A DNA stretch of 64,000 nucleotides from contig OX597833.1 in assembly GCA_951406725.2 (NCBI GenBank), positions 59,954,001 through 60,018,000 of the forward strand. The letters run 5' to 3'. This stretch comes from Octopus vulgaris (Eukaryota). Shown piece after piece: positions 1-13,079 of the stretch. The first letter of the stretch is position 1; each line of letters starts with the position of its first letter. A program made the translations under genes and the position numbers. Below the pieces are notes generated by a model. It saw only the letters and a program-made list of their open reading frames with translations, had not been told where the DNA came from and did no database searches.

Positions 1-90
1 AAACAAAACAGCAGTCATTGTAATGTATTGTATGATTGTTAGATTTGTTCACAGATGATGATTTTCACAGATCACACTTACACAATATAT

Positions 91-323
91 ATTTCTTTAC
101 TACTCACATGGGGCTAAACACAGAGGGGACAAACAAGGACAGATAAACGGATTAAGTCGATTACATTGACCCTCAGTGCATAACTGGTACTTAATTTATC
201 GACCCCGAAAGGATGAAAGGCAAAGTCGACCTTGACGGAATTTGAACTCAGAACGTAACGGCAGACGAAATACGGCTACGCATTTCGCCCGGCGTGCTAA
301 CGTTTCTGCCAGCTCGCCGCCTT
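91..323 (-). mobile_element. tRNA-derived SINE family A (GGCGGCGAGCTGGCAGAA head, GCCTTTCATCCTTTCGGGGTCGATAAA core)
   Basis: Full-length copy with 16-bp TSD acacttacacaatata at 74-89 and 328-343; many paralogs in the window. Confidence 0.9.
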
Positions 324-353
324 GCGTACACTTACACAATATAATTGTCATCT

Positions 354-751
354 AAGGCGGCGAGCTGGCAGAAATGTTAGCCTGCCGGGCAAAATGCTTA
401 GCAGTATTTCGTCTGCCGTTACGTTCTGAGTTCAAATTCTGCTGAGGTCGACTTTGCCTTTCATCCTTTCGGGGTTGATAAATTAAGTACCAGTTACGCA
501 CTGGGGTTGATGTAATCGACTTAATCCCTTTGTCTGTCCTTGTTTATCCACTTGTTTAACCCCTTGTGGGTAGTAAAGAAATTGGTATTTCACCTGTCTT
601 TACATTCCGAGTTTAAATTCCGCGAAGGTCGACTTTGTCTTTCATCCTTTTGGGGGTCAATAAATTAAGTACCACTTGCATACTGGGGTCGTTCTAATCG
701 ACTGGCCCCCTCCCCAAACAATTTCGGACCTTGTGCCTGGAGCAGAAAAAA
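354..751 (+). mobile_element. SINE family A with a second partial unit
   Basis: Head at 355; TSD aatataattgtcatct (338-353) / aatatagttgtcatct (752-767). Confidence 0.9.
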
Positions 752-1189
752 AATATAGTTGTCATCTGTTGTCTTGGAAGATTGTCCAGATTTGAGAATA
801 TCTTCAGTGAATGTTTCTGATATGAAACACTCCATAGTTCAAACAATCTTCCCCATTGGCCTGTTGCAACATTACAACAGTCTCCCTAAACGTTTTTCCT
901 AATTTCAGTCTGTATTTCACTTCAATATGTTGCTCTGCCTTGTTCAACTTGTGACATAGGGCTAAATGTATTAAACTTAGGTTTGATCTATCATGATTTC
1001 AACTGATGCCGTGCAATGTCGTTATTATCAAACTAAAGATTGTCACAGCACTGCAATCGTAAGCATTCTGTACCGAGTAATTGGTGTATTTCAAAAAGAA
1101 TTTTTTTTTTTGGCGGGGTATCAGACAGACCCCATATCATCAGTTTACCCTTGTTATTCCATGTTTTTACATGTGTTAGGCAGACCCTC

Positions 1190-2520
1190 TCCAATACGGC
1201 ATCCTGCCATTTGTTTCATTACTTTGTTACCTCCCTTGTGAGGTTCAGCTTCCCAAGATCAGCTTTCATCACTTCTACCCCTGTCTTCCTTGATCTTCCT
1301 TTTCCATTGTCCTCACCACTCGAATCTCCTACCACTTCTTCATCCATCCATCCATCCATACGTGCTGTTTCTTTTGCTCTCTACAACTGATTCCTCTTGT
1401 ATTCAGTTTCTCTCTCAGCTCATTACGTACAGTTCATGTACGTAAACACATCCAATAACTCATGCCTGTCTTGTTTATTTTCAACCTTCCCACACCCTTT
1501 GCATGCAGTGCTCATGTCCTACCACCATGCAACATCACAGTTCATACACAAGCATCATACCTTTTTCTTTATTACCCACAAGGGGCTAAACACAGAGGGG
1601 ACAAACAAGGACAGACATAGGTATTAATTCGATTACATCGACCCCAGTGCGTAACTGGTACTTAATTTATCGACCCCGAGAGGATGAAAGGCAATGTCGA
1701 CCTCGGCGGAATTTGAACTCACAACGTAACGCAGACAAAATACCCATTTCTTTATTACCCACAAGGGGCTAAACATAGAAGGGACAAACAAGGACAGACA
1801 TAGGTATTAAGTCGATTACATCGACCCCAGTGCGTAACTGGTTCTTAATTTATCGACCCCGAAAGGATGAAAGGCAAAGTCAACCTCGGCAGAATTCGAA
1901 CTCACAACGTAACACAGACGAAATACCTATTTCTTTATTACCCACAAGGGGCTAAACACAGAGAGGACAAACAAGGACAGACATAGGTATTAAGTCGATT
2001 ACATCGACCCCCAGTGCGTAACTGGTACTTAATTTATCGACCCCGAAAGGATGAAAGGCAAAGTCGACCTTGGCGGAATTTGAACTCACAACATAACGCA
2101 GACGAAATATCGCTAAGCATTTCGCCCGGCGTGCTAACGTTTCTGCCAGCTCACCGCCTTACACAAGCATCATACCATCTACCCTTCAGTCAGAGTGACA
2201 AATCCTTTGCCAGTAGATGTATATACCTCTCTGAACATTTTCCTATTCACTCCTTACCCTGACTACTAAATTTTTTGAACACCTTTTCCACAGCTAATTA
2301 GGTCCCCTAGGTAACAGAAGCTATTGACTACTTCTGTAACATTTACTAAACATTGCCGAGAATTTATTTTGTGTTAATAAATTCTCTCAACGCTGACTAC
2401 CCCAGTTCATCTACCCGTGTACATCTGCCCTAGTACATTTACCCCCGTACAGCTATCACAGGCAAACTCTTTATTCACCGTCAGCCTTGTGCACTTTAGT
2501 CTTATGCACCCATACGTCAC
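1190..2520 (-). mobile_element. Degraded RTE-clade LINE 3' fragment, interrupted by a SINE trimer
   Basis: Minus-strand translations EVVNSFCYLGDLIS (~2290-2335) and GRSRKTGVEVMKADL (~1250-1300) are typical of the RTE ORF C-terminus. Confidence 0.7.
1562..2160 (-). mobile_element. SINE family A: one head plus three tandem body/tail units
   Basis: ~183-bp unit x3 within a single 16-bp TSD acacaagcatcatacc (1546-1561 / 2161-2176). Confidence 0.9.
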
Positions 2521-2984
2521 ATTATCTATACACACATGTACACAAGCATATCGTATAATATTTGTTTTATAAGCTTATTGTCACAGCTGTGAATAGTCCT
2601 GATTATTGTTAACAATACACCGAATGCTGGTCTCAGATATGACCAGCCACAATGTGTTATATTTAACATTGGTATGGTGTCTGTGTGTGTGTGTTTGTTT
2701 ATTGTCAATAGAATTAGTTATTAATGTCCCAATATGTATTGCTCTCTCCCCACCCAACCACACTGACTGTCATTTTCAGAATCTGCCCACTTCTCTTCAC
2801 TTTTGTGAAATTTGTAAAGAATTTTTTTTTTTTATTTTTCATTATTCTCTTTGAGCGAATTGTATAGACATATGAATTAGTGGGAGGAAGAAACATACAC
2901 AGGAATCTGTCTAGCTGTGTGTGTGGGTGTGTTTTAAGTGAAACATTAATATCCGATAACTCTCCTCCAGAAAAGTAATAACAA

Positions 2985-3075
<91 letters not shown>

Positions 3076-3077
3076 TA

Positions 3078-3288
3078 TACATACTTGGAAGACCTCGTGT
3101 GTACCGTTGGCGATTTTTTTTCCTCTGTCTTCCCTTCTCTGGATCTTTCCTTCTCCTATGTTTCCGACGAAGAGCTCCGCTTGAAACATTAAACCCTCCT
3201 TCTTTCCTGAGCGTCCAATAATACTATATTTGTTCCACGTCCTCGCGTTGTTGTGTTTTTTGTGTTTTCTTGTTTGGATTAACTATAT
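3078..3288 (+). mobile_element. Penelope-like pLTR fragment with minimal hammerhead motif (3160-3194)
   Basis: gttt-CCGACGA-a-GAGC-tcc-GCTT-GAA-ACAT-t-aaac; near-identical copy at 43385-43590; abuts (TA)n/(CA)n. Confidence 0.6.
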
Positions 3289-3659
3289 AGCATGGCCACA
3301 GCTCTGAGCTGAAACTACAGAAAAATATATATATATATATATATATATATAACCTGTGCATGTGTAGGTATTGTTGTAATATGTGTGTGTTTGTGCCTCT
3401 TTGTCTAGACATCACACAATAGTTGTAAATGAACATCACTGTTATACAAGTGGTGTCATTTGTTTCCACTCTTCTCTGAAATTGTGTCTAGCCATGGGGA
3501 AATGTAACCTTGTGAGGTTGGTGACAAGAAAGGTATCCGTTTGCAGGAAATCTGCCTCACTGAATTCTGTCTGATCCATGGAAACATGGCCACTAAAATG
3601 ATGAAGCAGATTATCTCTATCCATACATAAACCAGTGAGTTGCTGACAAAGGTCTTACT

Positions 3660-5700
3660 GAGTGAGACACCTTCACCTTTTTTTTATGATTTTAGAAATG
3701 ATGTTTGTCCAATGCAGGCCATTATAGACAATAATGCCTAAGTCACGTTTATCAGCTGACTTCTTAAGGTTAGTGTTGTGGAGAGAGTAGGTAGGTTCTG
3801 AGTTTTCATCCCCAAATATATAATTGTGCACTTGTCTGCAGCCAGTATAAGTTGCCAATCAGCAATCCATTGCTGTATTGTGTCCAATTGAGATTGCAGG
3901 AAAGATCTATAACATATAAAAAATTCATTCTTTTCATCTCAAAGTACAGCTTAATGTTGTCTGCTTATTTTAAACACAGTTAGCACCAAGTTGGTATCTA
4001 TTTTGTTAATAAGTGCAAAAAAAAAAAAAGAAAAGAGTAGGAGACTGAGAATAGGTCCTTGTGGGATTTCAGTTGGTTATGAGAGTCCCAGAAGTTCCTA
4101 AGTGTCTCTCTGACACAGGACTCAATTAATTTGGTGATACAGCTAGTAAGACTGACTGGATGGTAACTGACAGGTGGTGTGCTATTACTCTTTTTAACAC
4201 TTTCATTACTGTATTTATTTTGAGATGTTCTGTGTTTTTTTCAATTACTTTAAATATAACAAAGAATTTAGTAAAATAACTTAGTTATCGTTAAGCTGGT
4301 GTTAGGAACATAAATTGTGACTAAGGTTTGGTGGAAGATTTTAATTCAAAATTTATGAAAACAAGACATTTGTACTCAGAGCTAGGGCCGGTTTCAGCCA
4401 GGTTGGTAACGAAAGGGTTAAACAGGGGAATAACAGGGGAATAATTTTCTACTGTTCTGCAATAATACATATTTATTGAGGCAGAATTGGAAGAGGAGTA
4501 AAAGCTGGCACAGTAGAAAGAGGCTATTGTATTTAAGTGTATTTAAGAAGCAGATGAATAGCATCATCAAGACCAGAGGCAGCATAGTTTTTGTATACAC
4601 TTAAGGTGGCATCACAGCATTCCAGAAGCAAATTCAACAGATGTTATGGAAGTTAGTATCAGTAGCAGCGAAGATGATACATTTGGAGTTCCAACAGTAA
4701 AAATGCCAGCATGGTATTTGGCAATAAGTTCTGTGCACTCTATGGAATCATCAGTAATCTAATTTGTGTGAGGATTGTAGAGAGAGCCAACTGGATGGTG
4801 AGTTCTCTATTTCTAATATATTTCCAGAACACTTTAATAGACATGTTGGTTGCTATGCATTGTTTGAATTTAAGTACGGAATTTTCAGTCAACTGCTTGA
4901 TATGGTTGGATATTTTTGTTGTATCTTCTTCTTTATCCTCTCTTCTATGTAATCTGTATTCATGTAAGCATCTCATTATTTTCCCTGGCAAATTGAACTA
5001 CTGCAGTCTCCTGAATTGTACTTTTGAGATTTCTAATGTGTTTATGTGGTATTTATGCTTCACATGTGGCTCAAATTGAATCAGGGTTGAAGGACACTAC
5101 TGACATCTCTTGAATTGTAAATTCAAGTCAGTTTGGGTGATGTAATTCATTACAATAGGAGTCTCGGTCAGCTTTGTTCTGATTAAAACAAGCAATTTGG
5201 AGGTGATGGTCACTTTTATTTCTGCAAAATAGAGATAGATTGGCAATGATCGTAGCATAATCAGAATCATCTAAAGGTTCCTTGGTAGTGAGGTTAATAA
5301 CAATTTCAGGAGCAATGGTGAACAAAAGATCCAAAGTGTTGTTACTTCTTGTTGGTGGAGTAACTATTTGGGACTAGTTTGAATCCAGTACTACATCAGG
5401 GAAATTATTTGCACTTTGTGGCCACTGAAAGGATTTACAATCAATTTCTGGATAATTAAAATCACCAGTATTGAAAACATAGGTAGTTGTTTTCCTGGAT
5501 GCATCTCTGAAGATGTCAAAAAGCTGGGTTTAGGGGATGGTAAAACAATGCTAAGTAAAAGTGTTGACATACTTATATGAATGTTGCTGTAAAGATACCT
5601 CTTGTTGGGACTGGTTCAAATCACCACAAGGAATTTCTCAAAAGCCTGAGTGAACATAGGCCATCACACAACTCTACAGTGATCTTTGTGAAAGAAATTG
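3660..5700 (-). mobile_element. Highly degraded CR1/L2-type LINE ORF2 (APE endonuclease and RT remnants)
   Basis: Minus-strand motifs NTGDFNYPEID, PTRSNNTLDLLFT, PQGPILSLLLF, DLGIIV; many stops and frameshifts. Confidence 0.75.
4198..4417. mobile_element. piggyBac-type MITE family P1 inserted in the LINE
   Basis: TTAA on both sides; terminus tggtaacgaaaggg; second copy at 63012-63232. Confidence 0.8.
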
Positions 5701-5904
5701 TAGCCAGCCATGCTAAAAACCCCATCGCAGAATAAAGAATGTTCCCAGGATAAACAGTTATGGAATTAGTTAGTACTCTTAACATAAGAATCAAAAAAGG
5801 GGTCCTTGTTGCATAAACTTTGGATATTTAAAACTGTAATTTGTTCTTGAGTTTAAGCTTGTCATGACTCATAGAGAGATCCTTCACAATTCACGTAGAC
5901 TCAT

Positions 5905-6125
5905 TGACTGGTATCCTGGTTTCCTTGGCATATATATTTTGCCCCACTGGATGGGATCTCAGTCCATCGCAGGGTTACTCTGTTTTGTCAGCTGAGTGGA
6001 CTGGAGCAACATGAATCGAAGTGTTCTGCTCATGAACACAATGCATTGCCCAGTCCAGGAATCACAGTCACAATTTTGTAATCATGAGGCCAACACCCTA
6101 ACCACTAAGCCGCACATCTCCACAT
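5905..6125 (-). mobile_element. Old tRNA-derived SINE (family D head, different tail)
   Basis: Head ttagtggttagggtg... and gctccagtccactcagctg shared with 61860-61996. Confidence 0.65.
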
Positions 6126-6599
6126 GATTCATGGAGGATGGTGTATTGTTTTCTTTTAGTTTCCCCAAGGCTTTTGCATCGTTGCTCATTGTTGGTTTGA
6201 TTCTTCAGAGCAGCTTGTGTCTTTTTTTTTTTTTTATCCTTATCTCATCAGGCTTGACAAATTTCCAGGTCTGTTGATCATTTGTAACCGGTTCCAATGA
6301 CAATGTTGTGTCCAGTGGAATGGTAGTATCTCATGGACATTTCTGAACAGCTGCTATTGAAATGAGTGATATCTTCCACATTGGTGCTGCACATTCAATG
6401 AGAGAGATGGGACTGCTTCTAGACAACATGGTCTAGAAGCGTTCTTTGTCTCTCTAATCAATCAGGTACTTAGTAGGTGTTTCATGTTCCTAAGAAGCAA
6501 AACTGTAGCCTTTGAGATGAGAAAATGATGTATCTATCACAGATCCTGGAGAGGCTACAATTCTTGTCAGTGTTGACAGATGTATATGTGTGTATGTAT

Positions 6600-7012
6600 A
6601 CTCTTTTACTCTTTTACTTGTTTCAGTCATTTGACTGCGGCCATGCTGGAGCACCACCTTTAACCGAGCAACTCAATCCCGGGACTTATTCTTTTGTAAG
6701 CCCAGTACTTATTCTGTCGGTCTCTTTTGCTGAACCGCTAACTAACAGGGACGTAAACACACCAGCATCGGTTGTCAAGCAATGCTAGGGGGACAAACAC
6801 AGACACACAACCCCCTCCCCCACACGTATATATATACATACATATATACGACGGGCTTCTTTCAGTTTCCGTCTACCAAATCCACTCACAAGGCATTGGT
6901 CGGCCCGGGGCTATAGCAGAAGACACTTGCCCAAGATGCCACGCAGTGGGACTGAACCCGGAACCATGTGGTTGGTAAACAAGCTACTTACCACACAGCC
7001 ACTCCTGTGCCT
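6600..7012 (-). mobile_element. SINE family B (tRNA head, CORE-like ccttgggcaagtgtctt, internal TA/CA tract, AAAGAGT tail)
   Basis: Full-length; about 10 paralogs in the window. Confidence 0.9.
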
Positions 7013-7379
7013 GTGTGTATGTATATATATCTTTTTTACTTGTTTCAGTTATTAGGCTGTGGCCAAGCTGGGGCACAGTTTTGAAGGGTCTAATTGAACA
7101 AATCAAAAAAACACCAACACACATATATGTATAGTATGTATAATATGCATATAAGAGAACTCTTTCAATTTCCACCTACCAAATCCACTCCCAAGGCTCT
7201 TGTCAGTTTGGGTTTATTATAGAAGATACTTACCCAGGTACCACACAGTGGGACTGAACCCAAGACCGCATGATTGGGAAGCTTTTCCTGGTCTTTTGAA
7301 TTTCTCACCAATGGAGTTAGAACCTAGCTAACCCAGAAGCAAATCACTTTCACTGGAAATTTCACATTGACAGAGTAGT

Positions 7380-7623
7380 GGTGTGTGTGCATGCATGCAT
7401 GTATGTATGTATGTATGTATGTATGTCTGCATATAATCAAGCACACGTGTGTATATACACCCTTATTACATACCAAACTTCTATGTTTTATATATTCTCA
7501 TAGCATCTTTAATAGGTTGTGACTGGGATTTCCTGATTAACTGTGTTCTTTCTGGCTTGTGTGTGTGTATCTATACATCTCATTGTGTATTTCGAGATGC
7601 ATATGGATGTGTGTGTATATATT

Positions 7624-7694
<71 letters not shown>

Positions 7695-7823
7695 GTATAT
7701 ATATATATATATATATGTGTATGTATATATATAAATATATGTATGTGTATGTATATATATATATATGTATGTGCATATATATATATGTATGTATATATAT
7801 ATATATATATGTATGTATATATG

Positions 7824-7854
<31 letters not shown>

Positions 7855-8240
7855 ATGTATGTATATGTATGTATATATATATGTATATATATATATATAT
7901 ATGTATGTATATACGTATATGTATGTATGTATATATGTATATGTATGTGTATATATATATATGTATGTGTATGTATATATATATGTATATGTATGTATAT
8001 ATATATGTATATGTATGTATATATATATATGTATATATATATATATGTATATGTATGTATGTATATGTAAGTATATATATATATATATGTGTGTGTGTGT
8101 AGATGTGTGTACATTTGTATATTTGTATATTCATGTACATGTGTTTGTAGTTGAATCTGTGTATGTTATGTGTATGCATGAAGGTGTTTATGTGTGTGTG
8201 TATGTATGTTAGTATATATGTGTGTGTGTGTGTGTGTTCC
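7380..8240. repeat. Compound (TATG)n/(TA)n microsatellite
   Basis: Directly visible; source of several spurious ORFs. Confidence 0.95.
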
Positions 8241-8356
8241 ATTTTTAATGTCTGAAATAGTTTTGTTTCAGACATTTAAATACACCAAGAAAGAAAGAAA
8301 GAAGAAAAAAATGTCATTTATTCTTCCTTTCTCTCTTCTCTTCCAGTCCCTTTCTC

Positions 8357-8393
<37 letters not shown>

Positions 8394-8891
8394 CAACTAT
8401 TTTATGCCATCGTTATATAACACAACATAATTAACAGCAGATTGACACTTCAACATTAATGACATCACCTACATAGGAGCGCTGCTGCTTCTGCTGCTGT
8501 TGCAAGAATACAAATATGATAAGTAAAATATATTTCAGGTTTTATGTTGTAGAATCAACATTTACTGGAATATTGCAGTCACCACCACCACCACCAACTA
8601 CAACACTGCCCCAAATAATAACACTACACAGCCACCGACACAAACTACAACTCCAAACCCAACGCCACCACCAATAACACCATCTCTGCCCACACCGCAT
8701 GGCCACAGTGGGTGATGAGAAAGGAGGTGGGAGGAGAAACTATTCTGACTTTTGACCAATGAAATCTGTTGTTTTCTTTAGATCTCCTGTTTGTTTAGAA
8801 TTAACTTTCTGCTAGACAGGCATGAAGGCTATAAATTCTTTCTCAGCCCTTCTGTATAGTTACCACCGCCAAATTCACCACTAAGAAAATA

Positions 8892-9167
8892 ATCATCATC
8901 ATCATTTAGCGTCCGCTTTCCATGCTAGCATGGGTTGGACGGTTCAACTGGGGTCTGTGAAGCCAGAAGGCTGCACCAGGCCCAGTCTGATCTGGCAATG
9001 TTTCTACGGCTGGATGCCCTTCCTAACGCCAACCACTCCATGAGTGTAGTGGGTGCTTTTTACGTGCCACCCGCACAGGTGCCAGACGGAGCTGGCAAAC
9101 GGCCACGGACGGATGGTGCTTTTTATGTGCCACCGGCACGGGGGCCAGGCGAGGCTGGCAACAGCCA
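8892..9167 (-). mobile_element. SINE family C (gttggcgttaggaagggcatcc motif, (GAT)n tail; probably RTE-mobilised)
   Basis: Shared body and internal ggtgctttttacgtgccaccggcac subrepeats; many paralogs. Confidence 0.85.
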
Positions 9168-9183
9168 ATAATAATAATAATAG

Positions 9184-9695
9184 TAAGTTAAGTAAATTTT
9201 TTGGCTCAAAAAGCAAAAGCAAGGCCATGTAGGGTGACACGGAGGGTGTTCATGCAAAGAATTCAGGCCATTTCTGGTCAAGAGAGACTTTGAACCGAGT
9301 GGTCGTCGGCATCTTCACTATCTCATCTGGCAGCTTATTCCACGAATCTGCAACCTGGACGGAGAAAGCCCCCTCTCCTTCGATTGAGATGAAATTGTCG
9401 CAGATAGAGCTGTTCGGAGTGACCCTTGCAGCCGACGCTCTGGAGGAGCAGGAGTGAAGAACAGCTCTTTCGAGAGGTTACACTTTCGGCTTATGATGTT
9501 GTGAGCAAGAATGAGATCACCACGGCGTCGTCGTTTTTCTAGAGAATAAAAGTTGAGCGTCTTCAGCCTTTCTTCATAAGACAAATGCTTGAGACCAAGA
9601 ACCATGGAAGTATAAAGCTTCTGGACTCTTTCAAGATGATGTATGTCTTTGAGGAGATAAGGAGAAGAGGCTTGAATCCCGTACTCCAATATGGG
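9184..9695 (-). mobile_element. 5'-truncated CR1-clade LINE 3' end
   Basis: ORF 9318-9749 contains PILEYGIQASSPYLLKDIHHLERVQK...LSYEERLKTLNFYSLEKRRRRGDLI, the CR1 ORF2 C-terminal signature. Confidence 0.9.
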
Positions 9696-9741
9696 TAGTA
9701 GTAGTAATAGTAGTAGTAATAATAATAATAATAATAATAAC

Positions 9742-10390
9742 GGTTTCAAATTTTGTCAAAGGGGCAGCAATTTTGGGGGAGGGGATAAATCGATTACATC
9801 AACCCCAGTGCTCAACTGCTACTTATTTTATTGACCTTGAAGGATGAAAGGCAAAGCTGACCTCGGCGGAATTTGAACCCAGAATGTAAAAGACAAATGA
9901 AATACTGCTAAGCGTTTTGCCCAGCATGCTAACGATTCTTTGCTACTCTAGGCACAAGGCCCTAAATTTTTGGGGAGGGGGACCAGTCGATTAGATCAAC
10001 CCCAGTATGCAACTGGTACTTAATTGATCGACCCCGAAAGGATGAAAGGCAAAGTCGACCTTGGCAGAATTTGAACTCAGGATGAAAAAGACAAATGAAA
10101 TATTGCTAAGCATTTTGGCCAGCATGCTAACGATTCTTTGCTACTCTTGGCACAAGGCCCTAAATGTTTGGGGTAGGGGGACCAGTCGATTAGATCAACC
10201 CCAGTATGCAACTGGTACTTAATTTATCAACCCCGAAAGGATGAAAGGCAAAGTCGACCTTGGCAGAATTTGAACTCAGGGTGTAAAAGACAGATGAAAT
10301 ATCACTAAGCATTTTGGCCAGCATGCTAACGATTCTTTGCTTCTCTCGACACAAGGCCCTAAACTTTGGGGGAGGGGGGCAGTCGGATAG
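9742..10390 (-). mobile_element. Tandem array (~200-bp period, ~3.3 units) of a SINE family A variant
   Basis: Repeated ggatgaaaggcaaagtcgacc...gcacaaggccctaaa units. Confidence 0.85.
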
Positions 10391-11156
10391 TGGATAGTTT
10401 GTTCCATTCTTTGCAAAACTCTGTACATGAAAGAAAGTGTTTCTGAAAGTCATGGATGTTGTGATGCTTTTTTGATTTTATAAGCATATCCATAAGTTGT
10501 AGAGATTTTGAATTTAAAGGTAGTCAAAGTTGTGGGAAAGATGGTGGATAATTTTGTGGCTTCTACCATATCAATTGCTAAATATTGAAGCTTTAGTGTA
10601 TAGATGCTTAGAGAAGCATTTAACTAGAAAGCTGGTGAGCAGCTGGCGAAGATATAATTCTCTAGAATTATTATTTTGATTCCAAAATTGTTTATGGAAT
10701 TGTTGGAGGAGAGTCACTTCCTCCAAGGAGAGGAAGTAAACCTGTTACAGATAAACTTTCCTGCAACAACAATTGAACTTAACACTACATCATGGTCACT
10801 CGTGATGCTGTGAAGTGGACTGGACTACAGGCTGGCAGGCCATGCCACTCAGTGATACTTATGATTAGGTAGACTTATTCTTCAAACTAAATCTCATTAT
10901 AAAAAGATCCTGACATCTCTTTAACATCTTTTATTTTTCTCAACTAGGGTAACCACGTAATGATAGAGCTAATAACAATAGTAATGATAGTAGATTTAAT
11001 AGTAATCATGATAGCAGAGCTAATTAGTAATGATAGTAGAGATAATAATAACCAATCATTTCCTCATGCAACTCCAAATCTTTAAGGTTTTTATTATTAT
11101 TATTATTGAGTGAATCCAGTGAGGAACAACAACAACTCGTATTATTATTATTATTG

Positions 11157-11595
11157 AGTGAGAGAGCAGTGCATGTCATCAAAGTGACACTGGGGTAAAA
11201 TATACGAAGCCCAATATACCCATCATGACTACCCGTCTGATAAGGGTACACCAGGCACATGCATCACAACCATATGTGCGCGACATGATCTCATATCAAG
11301 ATAAACAGCACATGACCTTGCAGGTGGGGCCCAGTTAGAATTTTCTTCAGGTTGAGTAGCCCATCCCGCTCAAAAGGTCCCTGAATAAGGGTTGTTTAAG
11401 GATGTTGAAAGAACCACCCATGTTTCCAGAGGTGAATTATCCAAACCCCAAAGAATCCCTCTCAACACATGGCTATGATGCTCCCCCACTACTTCTGCTC
11501 ATGATCAGAGATGCACATATCGTCAGCCACTAAGGGACATGCTCAACTGGTTACGGTCAAACAACTGACAAGCAAATCTGTGGTATTGAGCAGAA

Positions 11596-11598
<3 letters not shown>
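11157..11598 (-). mobile_element. Non-coding insertion in (ATT)n, possibly the 3' end of a TAA-targeting R4/Dong-type non-LTR element
   Basis: ~440 bp of complex sequence flanked on both sides by (att)n; family assignment is inference. Confidence 0.4.
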
Positions 11599-11626
<28 letters not shown>

Positions 11627-12119
11627 TCCATCTTTACCACCTTCACTGCTGGAATTACCTCTATTATTATCACCTCCACAATAACAATCTACTACCACTA
11701 TCTTCACCTCCATCAACAACCACCACCACCACCACCTTCATCATCACTACTATCATCTCTATAACCACCACCACCACCACAACCACCAACACCACCACTA
11801 CAGCCACTGCCACAGCCCATACCTGCCAACAGAACGAAACATCACTCTACGAAAAGTTTTGCTTTGAGCCAAACAAGAAGATGCAGTGATTATGAAACAG
11901 TGAAAAAGTTGGCAGAACGTCTGAGTTGGAGATAGTGAGATTATTTAGGGCAGGGCTGCAAGGGGTAACTATTTTGACTGAAATACCTGATTTAAGGCCA
12001 GGACAGGTATATGTGGGAGAAGGTGATGCGGGTGAAGATGTTGAGATTCGGTGGGGGGTGGGGATACAGTTGTTTACGAGGAATCTAAGATTAAATAATG
12101 CCTGAAGCTTGGCAATAGT

Positions 12120-12760
12120 GATGTGCTGGTGGTGGCAGTTGTGGTAGAAGTGGTGATGATGGTAGGAGCAGTGGAGGCGGTGGTGGTGATGGTGGCAGTG
12201 GTAGTGGTGATGGTGGAAGCAGTTGTGGTAGAGGTGGCAATGCCGGTGGTGGCAGTTGAGGTAGAAGTGGTGATGATGGTAGAGGCAGTGGTGGTGTAAG
12301 TAGTGGCAGTGGTGGTGGGGGGTGGCAGTGGTAGTGGTGATGGTGGCAGTGGGGGTGGTGATGGTGGCAGCAGTTGTGGTAGAAGTGGCAATGCTGGTGG
12401 TGGCAGTTGAGGTAGAAGTGGTGATGATGGTAGGGGCAGTGGTGGTGGTGGTGGAAGTAGTGGCAGTGGTGGTGGGGGGTGGCAGTGGTAGTGGTGATGG
12501 TGGCAGTGGTAGTGGTGATGGTGGCAGTGGGGGTGGTGATGGTGGCAGCAGTTGTGGTAGAAGTGGCAATGCTGGTGGTGGCAGTTGAGGTAGAAGTGGT
12601 GATGATGGTAGGGGCAGTGGTAGTGGTGGTGGTGGTAGTGGTGATGGTGGCAGCAGTTGTGCTAGAAGTGGCAATGCCGGTGGTGGTGGCAGTTGAGGTA
12701 GAAGTGGTTTTGGTGGTGGCGGCAGTGGTAGTGATGATGGTGGTAGTGGTGGTTGTGCAT
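12120..12760. repeat. GGT-rich minisatellite, ~5 imperfect units
   Basis: Recurrent ggcagcagttgtggtagaagtggcaatgctggtggtggcagttgaggtagaagtgg. Confidence 0.9.
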
Positions 12761-13079
12761 CTGGTGAAGCACTTGCAGAAAATATGTGATGTGATGTTGT
12801 AGTGAAGACAATCGGTGGGTTTTTAATGTTTGCAATAAACAAAAAAAAACCCCATCGAATCTAAAGCAGAAACTGGCAGGGCCGTTGTCCTTTATGTTTC
12901 CGTGGACATTATTGTCTCTGGAATCAGTTGGAGAGAATAAATGATTGGTTTGTTGTAGAGTTCTCCACCACTCTAAATAACACCCATAAATTTTTGATCA
13001 ATATTCTTTGTTGTGTTTAGAAATAGTTATCACTGAACATCATCATGACCACCACCACCAACAAGAACAGCAACAACAA

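Noticed and set aside
6525-6978. Recurrent ORFs such as GHAGAPPL... and IHSQGIGRPGAIAEDTCPRCH
   Set aside because: Antisense translations of SINE family B, not a gene family
7449-8275. Long YI/CV/HT ORFs (also 23.9-24.3, 27.1-29.2, 36.5-37.3, 39.6-40.0 and 56.1-56.6 kb)
   Set aside because: Microsatellite translations
11847-12842. 331-aa Pro/Thr/His-rich ORF
   Set aside because: Translation of a GGT minisatellite; several frames are open and there is no domain or splice support
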